DNA from: Octopus sinensis
Lineage: Eukaryota
Assembly: GCF_006345805.1 (NCBI RefSeq)
Contig: NC_043011.1
Span: 37,026,464 to 37,090,463 of the forward strand
Direction: 5' to 3'
DNA: 64,000 nt
The notes under the pieces are model-generated. The model saw only the letters and a program-made list of their open reading frames with translations. It had not been told where the DNA came from and searched no databases. Shown one piece after another: positions 27,937 through 40,688 of the stretch; positions within the stretch are counted from its first letter, which is position 1; each line of letters begins with the position of its first letter. The translations under genes were made by a program, and so were the position numbers.

Positions 27937-28428
27937 ACTCCAACACCAATGGGGAGGTAGACAAGCAATTACTTCCTAGACAATGATGGCGATCATGGTC
28001 ACAAATCTGTATTGATGTCATATGTCAAGTGACACTGAAACTTCTGCAGCGAAGGAAAGAGATAAAAGAGACAAGTAACTATCTTGTCTAGGTTTGTGAT
28101 CAACATCATAATTAAGGTAGCTAATGGACTTGAAGAGAGGTGTGAAGTAAAAGCTGATACAGATCTCCTCGCCCGGAGCATTGTTAAAAATTTATTTATT
28201 AGAAGAAGCAAATAATAAGCGGACAAATGTACTGAGACAGAAGTACATGAGTACTTAAATAATACAAGAAGAGCTTTTTCATACGCTGTCATACGTATTA
28301 TAAACACTATACAAACCGGTATGTTAATCTAAGTATTTTAGATTTGTATACATCTAAAAAAAATATATTTCTGGATAATCCTGTAGCATATAACGTTCTC
28401 ATTTTAACTGCGAAAATATAGAATATAG
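27089..28428. repeat. Diverged ~145-bp inverted repeat (arms 27089-27235 and 28284-28428)
   Basis: 29-bp exact inverted match between 27204-27232 and 28287-28315, with similarity extending outward. Confidence 0.88.
27458..27876 (+). mobile_element. SINE-like element with four 62-67 bp internal subrepeats and a (GAT)n tail
   Basis: TGTGCCGGTGGCACRTAAAAAGCA recurs at 27484, 27551, 27618 and 27680. It is followed by GGTTGGCGTTAGAAAGGGCATCCAG and a (GAT)n tail. Confidence 0.8.
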
Positions 28429-28480
28429 ACCCAGCCAAGCTGTTTATCTATATCTGGTTATGTGTGTGTGTGTGTGTGTG

Positions 28481-28535
<55 letters not shown>

Positions 28536-28643
28536 TATGCGTGTACAGTCACAGAATATGTAATCCTTTATATCTGAATAATGACATACATACATACATA
28601 CATACATACAAACATACATACTTACATATACATAATCCCTTAA

Positions 28644-29031
28644 GGCGGCGAGCTGGCAGAAACTTTAGCACGCCGGGCGAAATGTATTTCGCCTGCCGCT
28701 ACGTTCTGAGTTCAAATCCAGCCGAGGTCGACTTTGCCTTTGATCCTTTCGGAGTGGATTAAATGAGCACCAGTTACGCACTGGGGTCGATATAATCGAC
28801 TTAATCCGTTTATATATCCTTGTTTGTTCTCTCTGTGTTTAGCCCCTTGTGGGTAGTCTGCCGCTACGTTCTGAGTTCAAATTCCGCCGAGGTCGACTTT
28901 GCCTTTCATCGTTTGGAGGTCAATAAATTAAGTACCAGTTACGTACTGAGATCGGTGTAATCGACTCAATCCCCTTGTCTGTCCTTGTTTGTCGCCTCTA
29001 TGTTAAGCCCCTTGTGGGCAATAAAGAAATA
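28644..29031 (+). mobile_element. SINE family B head-to-tail dimer
   Basis: A full copy (28644-28856) is fused to a 5'-truncated copy starting TCTGCCGCTACGTTCTGAG. Confidence 0.92.
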
Positions 29032-29530
29032 TGAATATATAATCCCTTCTTTCTCATGAGCATTAAAATACTGTCCTTCATATTTTTCTCTTTGTTTTCG
29101 ATCAGTAAAATTCCAACTTACATATTTGCATACATACATACATACATACATACATACATACATACATACATACATAGAAACTTTAAAATCAATGGAGAGG
29201 TAGACAGGCAATACTTCATACGCAATGATGGTGGCGGTAGTCATAAATCTGCATTGATGTCATTCGAATCCCATATTGTGACACTGAAAATTCTGCAACG
29301 AAGGAAAGAGAGATGTAACTATGTTGTCCACGTTTGTGATCAAGAACATAATTAAGATAGCTAATGGACTTGAAGAAGTAAAAGCTGATACATTGATAAA
29401 AATTATTTATCAGAGGAAGAAGTTAAAAAGCGGACAAATGTACTGAGACAAATGTACTTGGCAAAAAAAAAAGCACACATACACTCACACACACACACGC
29501 AGTAGAAGGGATTCATGATTTCAAAAGCTT

Positions 29531-30040
29531 GGCATGGAAAAGCGACAGGTTTATGATATGCAATTCAAGAACAGGAGATTCGCACCAAGTACCGACGGCA
29601 TAAAAATCAGAAAACATTAATAGACATCCAATGTAGGCTGTGCAAGACGAAGACTGAGAATATGAGGCACATTACGACCAGTAGAATATGAAGCACATTA
29701 CGATCCGGTAGCCAGAACATTCTGGAACGGTGGAACGGGACAACAAAAAAAAAACCCAAAAAACCGAAAGCTCCTACAGCCTTAGTGACATATAAAGGCT
29801 TACGGGTAAAAAAATATTGGTGCAATTTTAAAATTAAAACAGCCACAAAGTTAGAACACAACCAGTCAGCTGGTCTCAGAAGAAAAAGAAATGATCTGCT
29901 GTGGAAATGAGCCGCCCTCTGGGCACAAATGTATTTAGAAAAACACAGGAGAAAGAGAAAATGTTTGGACCATTGATGAAGAGTTAGCAAATTCAGTGCC
30001 TGAAATATATTTTCTGCTTCATACCTAATATTATCCGATC
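29531..30040 (+). mobile_element. Decayed RLE-type (R4/Dong-like) non-LTR retrotransposon C-terminal fragment
   Basis: AIQEQEIRTKY, CRLC...ENMRHI (zinc-knuckle remnant), HYDPVARTFW, KIKTATKLEHN and VEMSRP..N...K..EKE..FGPL resemble the CCHC plus PD-(D/E)xK region. Contains stops and frameshifts. Confidence 0.72.
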
Positions 30041-31249
30041 AAAATGATATACACCATTCTTTCTGGAGTTAAGTGTGGCCGAACGTGCGTTAAGAGAACG
30101 TAAATCCTTAATTTGTATACTACAAATGATCACGATATCCGGACTATAAGAATCTGAAATAATTTCTTAAGACGTAATGGATGATGAACAAAAGATGTTT
30201 CGTTCGCAACCTTGCTACCAAGCACGTGATTGAACACGATGTATTCTAAATTAAAAACAGAAAGAGAACATATACACTCACACACACACACACACTCACA
30301 CACACATTTTTAGATACACATACAAACACACACACATATATATATGCATATATTCATATGTATAATATATAATATGTGAGTGTGTGTGTGTTTGTGTGTG
30401 TACAAGCGTATGTATATATAGATTTATATACACACATATACATGATTAGAAATGCACATATACAAATATATATATATACATATATACACACACATATATA
30501 TATATATATACGCACACATTTTTATACATGCATATATGTTCGAATGTATGTATGTATATGTATGTATATATGTATGTATCATCCACTGACAGGCTTAGAG
30601 TTATACACATTCAAGAATTTGTTTGCAAAAAATAAATATAAATTTATGATACATTTTTTTTTAATATGATAATCCTAAAGATAATCAGAACCATTTTCCT
30701 CAAAACCCGTTTGCCATGATCTTCATATCACGTGATATATTACATTGTGTAGATATTACAACTATACGTTGCGATGACGAATAAATATATTGCTTCAGTA
30801 TATTATAAGTGACATTGACGCTGATTAGATTCATAAAGCCTATGTCACGTGGTGTTTATGTGTTAACTTGAACGATGAAATTAGCTGAAATGTTTGGAAA
30901 ACCTTTAATGTATTTAGTGACAGTGAAAACACTCACTTAGACTACTCTCTGTACTATTAGTGACAATGACAAGATAAATTATCACATAATACGAGAGAAA
31001 GGTTTTCGCGAATTTCTTTGTCACTCCAAGCGTTTTCAAGACAGAGTTTACTTTTGTCAGCTACCACAACCTTCGACAATGACACCTTCTTTCAATCCGA
31101 GGCAGAGACTGCACGATTGATTGCCGTGCTAAAAGTAGCAACCGGCTAGCCCTAAAACAATACCATACTTTACGGCCTTAACAGACGTAATATGACGCGA
31201 TAGGTACACACACACACGCACACATATATACCTACACACACACATACAT

Positions 31250-31285
<36 letters not shown>

Positions 31286-31332
31286 AAGATGTGTTTGTGC
31301 ATGTGTGTGTGTATGTGTGTGTGTAAAGGAGC

Positions 31333-31532
31333 AGGCATGGCTGTGTGGTAAGTAGCTTGCTTACCAACCACATGGTTCCAGGTTCGCTCCCACTATGTGG
31401 CATCTTGGGCAAATGTCCTCTGCTAGATCTTCGGCCCAACCAAAGCCTTTTGAGTGGATTTGGTAGACGAAAACTGAAAGAAGCCCGTCGTATATATATA
31501 TATATTATATATATATATATATATATAATATA

Positions 31533-31568
<36 letters not shown>

Positions 31569-31797
31569 ATGTGTGTGTGTGTGTGTGTTTATGCATGCTT
31601 ATATGTGTGCGTGTTTGTGTTTCTGTGTTTACCCCCTCCCACCATCGCTTGACAACCGATGTTGGTGTGTTTACGTCCCCGTACCTTAGCGGTTCGGCTA
31701 AAGAGAACTATAAAATAAGTACTAGGGTCGATTTCTTTGACTAAAGCGGTGCTCCACCATGACAGCAGTCAAATGACGGAAACAAATAAAAGAATAA
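31333..31797 (+). mobile_element. SINE family A, full length
   Basis: Same head, core and tail as the 21248 copy. Confidence 0.9.
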
Positions 31798-31826
31798 GAT
31801 AACAAAATATTACATATATCTATCTA

Positions 31827-31868
<42 letters not shown>

Positions 31869-31934
31869 CTTACAGGTGTGTGGACACATGAAAAAGTGGC
31901 ACACATGTAGTAAGAGTTACATATATAGGTTTAA

Positions 31935-32337
31935 TATTTTGTCACAAGACCAACAGTTTAAGGGAAGAGGTAAGTCGATTACATTGACGCCAGTGCTCAA
32001 CTGGAACACACATTAACGACCCCGAAGTGATAGAAAGCAAACTTGACCTCGTTGGAATTTGAACTCAGAATGTCAAGTCGGAGGAAACATGCTACTAAAC
32101 ATTGTTTCCCGGCTGGCTAACGTTTCTGCCCACACTTTTCTACTCTATGCACAAAGCCCGAAATTTATTTTGGTTGGGGCCAGTCGATTAGATCGACATC
32201 AGTACGCAACTGGCACTTAGTTTATCGACCCCGAAAGGATGAAAGGCAAAGTTGACGTCGGCGGAATTTGAACTCGGAACGTAAAGGCAGATGAAATACC
32301 ACTAAGCGTTACGCCTGGCGTGCTAACTTTTCTATCC
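31935..32337 (-). mobile_element. Two tandem SINE family B copies
   Basis: GAATTTGAACTC (reverse complement of the B box) at ~32055 and ~32265. Confidence 0.82.
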
Positions 32338-32663
32338 TAAGTGTTACATGTATCATTGCTTAAAACAGTTTCATTTGGAACCATACAAGTTTCATAGGCC
32401 CCTTGCAGAAACCTAGCCTCTCTGGCTCGCCAAAACGACTAAGCCCAACGAACTAGGTGTCAGTAAGCCGCTTCGTGATATAAACACGTTCGTTTGCGCA
32501 CAAGTTATTCTGATATACGAAGTAATGCATTTAGAACTGAGCGTTTGTGCAACTTTTCACATATCTTCCTCACAGATATGTATGTAAAATATTTAAGTAA
32601 AATCTTCCTTACGGATATATAAGTAAACTATAGGAGAGTATTGTAGTTCGCTTGAAGCATCGT

Positions 32664-32953
32664 GTATTGTTTGTAAAGAATAAAAAGTTTTGAATTGTAC
32701 AACAATGGATTATATACCTGTTGTAATTCAGTCATCCATAGTCTGATAATATTTCGGAATAAAAGTCTTTCTTCAGATATTTTTAGATGGAGTCGCTGTT
32801 GGAAAACCGAATATAGCAGCCACTCCATCTAAGAATATCTGAAGAAGGAATTTTATTCCAAAATATTATCAGATTACGGATGACTAAATTACAACAGGTA
32901 TATAGTCCATTGTTGCACCATTCAAAACTTTTCATTCTTTATAAGTAAAATAC
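32664..32953. repeat. ~290-bp foldback palindrome (MITE-like; arms ~135 bp, loop ~18 nt)
   Basis: 32664-32798 is the reverse complement of 32817-32953, roughly 85-90% identical by eye. Confidence 0.92.
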
Positions 32954-33100
32954 AGTTTATTACGGAAAGCGTTTAAATATGTGAAGAAAATCCGTGATGG
33001 CTGAAATCTCACCCAAGGTGCCACAATGCCACGTTACATGAGTGAAGTTAAAGCATGTGATTGCACGGCAAGCTTTCTAAGCCACACAGCTATAAATATA

Positions 33101-33696
33101 TTTTATCTCTTATCATCTACAGGTTTCAGTCCCTGGACTGCGACCATGCTGGACCATTGCCTTGGAGGGTGTAACCGAACAAATCGAACACAGTCATTAT
33201 TTTGTAAGCCTTGTCTTTATTCCATAGGTTTCTTTTGCCAAACCAATCAGTAACGGACACGTAAAGAAGCGAATACCGTTTGTCAAGCACCAGTGATTGA
33301 CAGAATCAGAAACAAACACACCCACGTACTATATATATAACACTACACATTATTTATTTTCTCTCCTTGTTTTTGTTTCTATGTTCCTTTCTGTGGAAGG
33401 GCGTCGGTTCGAAACGTTAAAGAATTTTCACTTCACTAGCGTTAAACTAATACATCTGTTTGTTGTCTCCACCACCTGTCTTCGTCATTTGTTTTTATGG
33501 ATTCTTTCCCCCCATATATATATACATATACATACACATATAATGTGTGTGCGTATTTGTGTATTTGTTTGTGAGTGCGTGTGGTTTTGTGTGTTTGTGT
33601 GTGTGTGAGTTTGTGTTCGTGTGTGTTCGTGTGTGTATGTGTTTGTGTGTATGTGTGTTTGTGTGGTTGGAAAACAATGTTCTTACCACGCAGCCA
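33101..33696 (-). mobile_element. Disrupted SINE family A with an internal HHR-family insertion
   Basis: Tail at 33101-33300 and head remnant at 33661-33696. A second head fragment lies at 33005-33091. Confidence 0.6.
33339..33513 (+). mobile_element. Short repeat carrying an HHR-like motif (CUGUGGA family), copy 3
   Basis: cttt CTGTGGA A gggc gtcg gttc GAAA cg T T aaaag at 33387-33423. Confidence 0.8.
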
Positions 33697-34487
33697 AGGC
33701 TGCAACAGTATATACCAATTTCTTCACGTCACGAATGGTTAGAAAATAGACTTTGCAATTTGTTCTCAACAAAACAAGAGAAAATGAACCAAAAATATAC
33801 ATTGTCCCAACATCCAGTGCAAGCGAAAATATCCGAATAAATTTAGTCACCATCAATACAAATATTCTGCGTATCCTCAAAAAAGAAATTTCACAGAAGA
33901 TAATATACTAGATATACCACATCTAAGCAATAGTACAACACGCAAATCACAAGTATATAATCTAAATTTATCCATCAATCATTTCTTAATTAAACTCTGT
34001 CTCGCTACTTAGGTTAGATGTTCTCTTTTGACTCTTCATACATAAGTGATAATTACCACACATATGTATGTAGCTATCGCTTCGTGATAATTCGCGACTA
34101 TTGAATTTTCACGCCTTATTCTCAGCGCCTTCTGTTACATTTCTGTGAAGATGGAGCAAATATTTGTTGGAAATTTAGAATTTGAGATGGGAAAATATAT
34201 TTGAGTGAGACGTTAGCTCTGTCTCGTATATATAAATATATATATATATATATATTATTCAAATAAATCTCAACTCTGTGTTTTATGTCTAATTTATATT
34301 CTTTATAATATTAATGTAGAATATAGAATATATAGTATAAATAATATACATAGTAAAATGCAATGAAGTGTTGATTGTCTTATTGAATAGATGAAATATT
34401 GAATATAAAATATTAAGGGACTAGTATACTTTCTTGCATTAAAGCAGTCTTCAAGGTCTCAGGTTGTTACAGGAGTGTTTCAACTGT

Positions 34488-34531
<44 letters not shown>

Positions 34532-34889
34532 TATATATTGAAAATATATATATACAGACAGACTGATTTAGCCAAACCTTCAAGCGATTGAGTAGTCATT
34601 GCCGATATGTCTACGACTGATGGACAGAGCTAGCCTTGTCCAGTAATCCTAGATTCACACATGGGGTGCTTATCTTCTCCGTCTGTGTATATATATTCTG
34701 AAATTCATATAACATGAAGAGTTTTAACTTCTTTTAATACAGATGCTTCAGCATACTCCGTCACAATTGATGACGATTAAACCTTTCATTTGTGCCTTTA
34801 TATTGCGGTCACTTAGAGTAATGGCGGAATTTCTAATGTGCATGTTATATACAGACTGTGTAAGGTACTTGAGGACATACTTTTGGGGG

Positions 34890-35360
34890 GTCATTGCTGC
34901 ATTTTTCAGAAATGTTGGCCACGAGAACATCAAATATAAATCTTGTATGATGAGGAAAAGTCAGTTTGTCAGAAAAAGCAAAAGAAAATCACTACATCAG
35001 ATGTAAAATGTTCTTAAACAAACTAAAGAATTCCAGCAGAAGATTTGATTTGGTTTTGCTCAAGCAAGAAAAACTTCGATCAAGCTCAAAACCTAAAATG
35101 AAAAAATGATTGATGGTTATGTACAGACCTTTCTGAAGTTCCAATTTCCTGCAATTGACATGGTTTTAGAGGTTGTCAGCAATGAAAGACATGTGATGTC
35201 CCCTTGCTGTTTTCCACAATGCCTTAGAGTTAACTCTGCCGCCTACATTGAGGTCCTGGAATTAATTGTCAAGCGCTGGATGGACAGTGCATGCACTGGA
35301 ATGCCATATGTGTTTCAGTAAGATTCTACACTATCACACATGGCTCTAGTAGCTCCTGTC
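34890..35360 (+). mobile_element. maT/DD37D-like mariner transposase remnant
   Basis: HENIKYKSCMMRKSQF, LIWFCSSKKNF (FSDEKNF-like) and MVLEVVSNERHVM...YIEVLE...WM...YVFQ*DS. Confidence 0.8.
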
Positions 35361-35799
35361 CACTCTCCCATCAGACAGATTAAGCTTGGCTTGTTTTGAT
35401 TATAACTAAACATGTTCACTCAACTTTGGCGGCCCTCATTTAAAGCGCAAAATACACTGTCACGCGACACTAATGCACCGACGTAATGGCGAACGTACAA
35501 AAGATTATAAATTTAATCATGAGTTCATTCTCTACAAACAGTTGACAGAAAATATTTAGAGCTTTGATTGTTTGGACTTATCCAGTCAACCGTGTCAGCC
35601 TTAACTTACGACGCCAAACATTGTCACTTGGTACTAACACAAGGACATATCGGAGAACCTACAACTATTTCTAAGACTAGTCATGTGGCTATCTTCTAAC
35701 ACTCTATTCTCAGTGTATATTCAACTTCTATTTTTCCTATATTTCTACTCGTGTGGAATAAAATATATTTCTTTCGTATATATATTCCACCGCCGAAGG

Positions 35800-38700
35800 A
35801 ACGAAAATGCCACAAAAACCCGACCAAAGCGAAAACACGTTGAACCTAGAGCGTTGAAACTAGAGATAGTAAAAGACCTGAACGAGATCTCCTCCAAGCT
35901 CACATTCTGATCCAACAAAATCAACGAGATACAGACTTATACCGAGGAAATGCTTGAAGAAGGAAGGAAAACCGAAGAAGCTGCAGTTGTCCAAACCCTC
36001 AACCAGTTATGTAAAATTATAGAAACAGTGATGCTCCGGAAGCCGGAACAAATTCCGACAGCTGAACGAGAAGCTAACATCAACCTTCTACAAGGAACCT
36101 CTGCAATCGAAAACATTATTAAACATATAAAGAACCAACGCTTCACAGCCCGTAAATTTGCCTTTTGACACTTCATTAAAACTAACTGCAAAGCGGAAAT
36201 ATGTGCAAAATAGCTCAATTCAACACCGATGATCCTCCCAACGAAACTACAAATAAAACATATCGCTGATGAACCGGGACCAGAGCGAAAACTTAGAGAA
36301 AATATGGTTCTTGACAAATTCAGAATGGAAACCCAGCTATTACGGCTAAGTGCAAATTCAAACGAGGAAAAATCTAAAACGATTGATGCACAAATGCAAA
36401 CACAGATTTCAAAACATCCAAAGGTCAAGGAAACAATATGAAGCTTTGGAAAAGAAACTTTGAACACATCTCTTCAACTGCGGGAGACAAGTGCTCTTTC
36501 GTTCACCAGTTATGAATTTCGTTTTAAAATCCAGTACTCTACCGAGAACCCATTCCCAAAGAAATTCAAAATCCGCAAGCCTTATTCGCAACTGATTAAT
36601 CAAACACCTAAATATGGAAATTAGAGTCACCAACTCCATAAGAACGATTCAAGACTAATTCGACAATAAAATAATCCAACCAAAACATTCGAAGTTTTCT
36701 CTCCGACTGCACTCAACTTTCCCCAAAACCGAAGATATACAAAATGAACAGAACATATCAACACAGTCCAGAACAACAGACTTTCAAAATCGATACGAAA
36801 GACCACAGGTTAAAAATGAAAATGTCCTTGGATATTATATATAGTAATAAAAGGAAATCATTCTTTTTTATATCCAACCGACAGATTTCTTGTCACCAGA
36901 TGGTACAAACTGAAGATAATTAACCCATCAAAAAAAAAAAACTTTCTCAGTAGAAGAAATTAATATTTTGTCAAAAGGCCTAAAATTTACCCCAACACCG
37001 CAGCACTCTAACACCAGTGAAATACAGAACATTTCACAGTTCTGTAGAAAACTACGCCTAATAGAGGAATTTTACGATAAAGATGTCAGGGACGATTCAA
37101 TTGTAAGTGAAAGAGCAATTACAATTCTACGGAAGGTAAGTATAAAGCTTTAGATAACATTTGTTTTTATTTCTAGGGAAGTGCAATAGTTATCATGGAT
37201 ATTGAACACTACAAATTAGACATACTATCTCTGTTACAAGATATGACACATAACGAATGAGTAAATAATTACCAAAAAAACAAAGACAGTGACTAAACAG
37301 AACACACTCATTCACAGACATCCAAAAGTTTTAGCAAACAAAGAATGTGACTTCCTAACCCACGTTGATTGCAAGACTAGCTGCTTCTACGGTCTCCCCA
37401 AAATCAATAAGAATCAAACTATTAAGAATGCATTTAAAGAACCAACTTCAACTTGCATAAACATACAATATACCACCGACCTTTAACTTAGACTAATCGT
37501 AGCAGGCCCGAACTACGAAACACAGACTGAGCATCTTTTTAGATATATTACTGAAACCTATTTTAAAACATGCCAATCTTGCGAGGGAGGTCCAGGACCT
37601 GCTAAACCAACTCCCAAATTCCATAAACAATGATACCACTATTGATGTGGTAAAATATATACCAAAATCCCACATATATACGGACTAGAGACAATAAATT
37701 TCTGGCTTGAGAAATTCCGTCATGAAATTCTAGACAAAACTGGAAAGAGTTTCATCACCGAAGGATTAAAGTTTATACTCGAAAACAACTTTTTTGACTT
37801 CGATATCAATATTTACAACCAAATATCTGGAACAGCGATGGTGACAAAACTTGCTCCAACGTACACCAATCTAGTCATGGCATACATAGAGGTTCATATA
37901 TATGAGCAATCTAAATTAACATATAGCTTGAACTTCGATAGATATCTACAAGAAACTGGAAACATTACTTAGATGACTGCCTAATCCTATTGACGCATAC
38001 ATTTGAACAACTTTTAGATTTTACAAATCTAATCAGTAAAATAAAATAATAATAGTAATTTTACCATGGAATACAACAAAACTCAACAACCATTCCTGGA
38101 TATACCAATCACCAAAAGAGATAAAATCACTACAATAAGTATTATTCTCTTCATGCCATCCCAAATACACGAAGAATAATATCCTATTGAATCTACCAAG
38201 AAGAATCTGTACAAATGTCTCAAACTCTTAAACACGCAATAAAATACTGCAGGAACTAAAACAAATACTATTTGAAAGACAATAACCATTAATGCTAATA
38301 GACAACAGAATATAACGTGCCAAAGCAATGAATATCCAAGAACTAAGTAAAACGAAAAACGCTCCAATAATCTCCCCTTTATTACAACAGAGAAGTAGAG
38401 AAACACAGGTTTACAATAATATCCACCAGAAACTCCACTACTAAAATGAGATCCAAGAATGAAACAAGCATTTGAATACACAAAATAATCAAAAGTAAAA
38501 GACAAAGTCCCTCAAAAGATACCTAATAAGTGCTAAGATATCTTCCACAATTCCTACACCAACGGTAAAAAAACGTGGACGCCCCAATTGCAGGACTTTC
38601 ATCAACTTTATTGAAGACACAACATACAAATTCAAATCAGGATAGACTTTTACCGTAAAAAATTACTTACGTGTTCGTCAAGGAATTTAATATATGCTAA

Positions 38701-38850
38701 CAAATTTGAAAGATGTAATGACGATTACATAAGTCAAACAAAGCTTACTCTAGGAAACAGACCGACCATCCACCGACAACAAAATACGAGACCCCACACA
38801 AGACAGATCCCAATGAGAGGTCACATAGGCATATGTGCAAAAAATAGTGT
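35800..38850 (+). mobile_element. Decayed Penelope-like retroelement (N-terminal domain, RT, GIY-YIG endonuclease)
   Basis: SKGLKFTPTP (~36970), GSAIVIMD (~37177), FYGLPKINK (~37385), RLIVAGP (~37490), GTAMVT...APTYTNLVM (~37830), YLDDC (~37966), PFLDI (~38090) and NLIY...C...YISQT...HRQQ (~38684). Many stops and frameshifts. Confidence 0.92.
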
Positions 38851-38851
38851 A

Positions 38852-39012
38852 GAACTGATTGCACTTCCGTTATCTAGTGGTTCGGATACAATTAGTACCA
38901 GACTTAAAAATAAGCCCTGCGGTCGATTTATTCGACTAAAAAATCCCCCAATGCAGCGCTTGAGCATGGCGTCAGAAAAAATGACTGAAATAAGTGATAA
39001 AAAAGACAGAAA
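38852..39012 (+). mobile_element. SINE family A 3' part truncating the PLE
   Basis: AATAAGCCCTGCGGTCGATTTATTCGACTAAA...AGCATGGCG...AAATGACTGAAA. Confidence 0.7.
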
Positions 39013-39022
39013 GTGTCATATA

Positions 39023-39430
39023 CGAGGGGAATTAAAAAAATATCCGCACTTTCACCATAACATATCTTTATTATTATCACACTGCTTTCTGCGCATGCGT
39101 GTTTATAGTTGGTACTATTGTCATGGTGCCATTCCTCTTTCTGGCTTTAGAGTACAAACATGGCCGCTCCACTAGCAATGTGCACCAAAGAAGAACAAAG
39201 ATCAGTGATCGGCAAGTGGGTCAGATATTGAAATTCATCGGAGGCTTTTAGTACAACACGGGGATAGTGCGTTACCACGTAGAATAATGTATGATTGGAT
39301 GGAAAAGTTTAAAAGTGCCCGGACAAGCGTGATGCACGAAGTGAGAGTAGGATGCCCATCTAATTCCAACACTGACGTGAAGATGCTTCGAGCACGAGAG
39401 ATGGTAATGGTGAACCAGTTCCTTATTACC
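39023..39430 (+). mobile_element. mariner transposon 5' remnant
   Basis: TA-CGAGGGG TIR start, then MAAPLAMCTKEEQRSVI...EIHRRLLVQHG...MYDWMEKFKSARTSV (mariner HTH region). Confidence 0.85.
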
Positions 39431-39752
39431 GTGCCTGGGATCACTACACTTTGTTCTTCTTTCATGCGCATTGCTTATGAAGCGGCTATGATTACACTGC
39501 AAAGCCAGGAAAATAGAAATAGCGCGATCAGGCTCAAACCTCGATCACGTGAACACAATAATACCAACTATAAGCACGCACGCGCAGAAGGAAGTGTGAT
39601 GATAAAGATATCATGGCAAAAGCGTGGATATTTTTTTACCTCCTCTCGTGTATTTATATATATATATATATACATATGTATGAATATAAATATATATATC
39701 CATACACATACATGCATACATACATACATATGTATGTGTATGTTTCTATGTT

Positions 39753-39815
<63 letters not shown>

Positions 39816-39950
39816 GTATGTATATAAATGGATGAAGGAATTATCTTTTGTTTACAGTTAACACGGAAAATTCAATAGACAGTTACCAGAGTAGCAAAAG
39901 TACAAGAATATGAATAACACCTGCGTTCAACTCAATTTATTTCATTATAT

Positions 39951-39995
<45 letters not shown>

Positions 39996-39997
<2 letters not shown>

Positions 39998-40270
39998 CAG
40001 CGTGGAAGGTGTTTATAAGCCATTTATGAGACACAAAAAAACCGTTAGATTCACTTCAACATTTAATTTAGATGCAACACGAAGTTTTGTCAGTGAACTG
40101 GTCGCGGTGTCAAAGCAACGAAAATGTTTTGACAAATTAAATTTAAATGTTGAAGTGAATGTAACGGTTTTTGTGTGTTTCTGAAATGGCTTATAAACAC
40201 CTTCCACGCTGCAATTGTTTTCGTTCCAGCACACGATCTCAGATCAAGTCACTCGGTATGGAAGAACATC
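39996..40270. mobile_element. Short element with a ~72-bp terminal inverted duplication abutting (TA)n
   Basis: TTGCAGCGTGGAAGGTGTTTATAAGCCATTT...CATTTAA (~39996-40070) is inverted at ~40142-40214. Confidence 0.85.
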
Positions 40271-40317
40271 TCCGTAAAATATATATATATATATATATAT
40301 GCATATATATATATATA

Positions 40318-40350
40318 GGCACGGGGTGGCTGTGTGGTCCATCATATATA

Positions 40351-40433
<83 letters not shown>

Positions 40434-40688
40434 TATACATATATATACATATATATGTGTGTGTGTGTTAGTATGTGTGTGTATTTACGTTTGTTTCTAT
40501 GTGTGTGACCCACCTTGCTTGGCAACCGATGTTGGTATGTTTACGACCCCGTATCTTAGCAGTTCGGCTAAAAGAAACCGGTAGAATAAGTACTAGGCTT
40601 ACAAAAATAAGTCATGGCGTCCAATTGTTCTACTAAAGACAGCGTTTCATCATGGCCGTAGTCATATGTTTGAACCAAGTCAAAGAAT
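40318..40688 (+). mobile_element. SINE family A with the middle replaced by (TA)n
   Basis: Head GGGGTGGCTGTGTGG and 3' half at 40509-40688. Confidence 0.75.
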
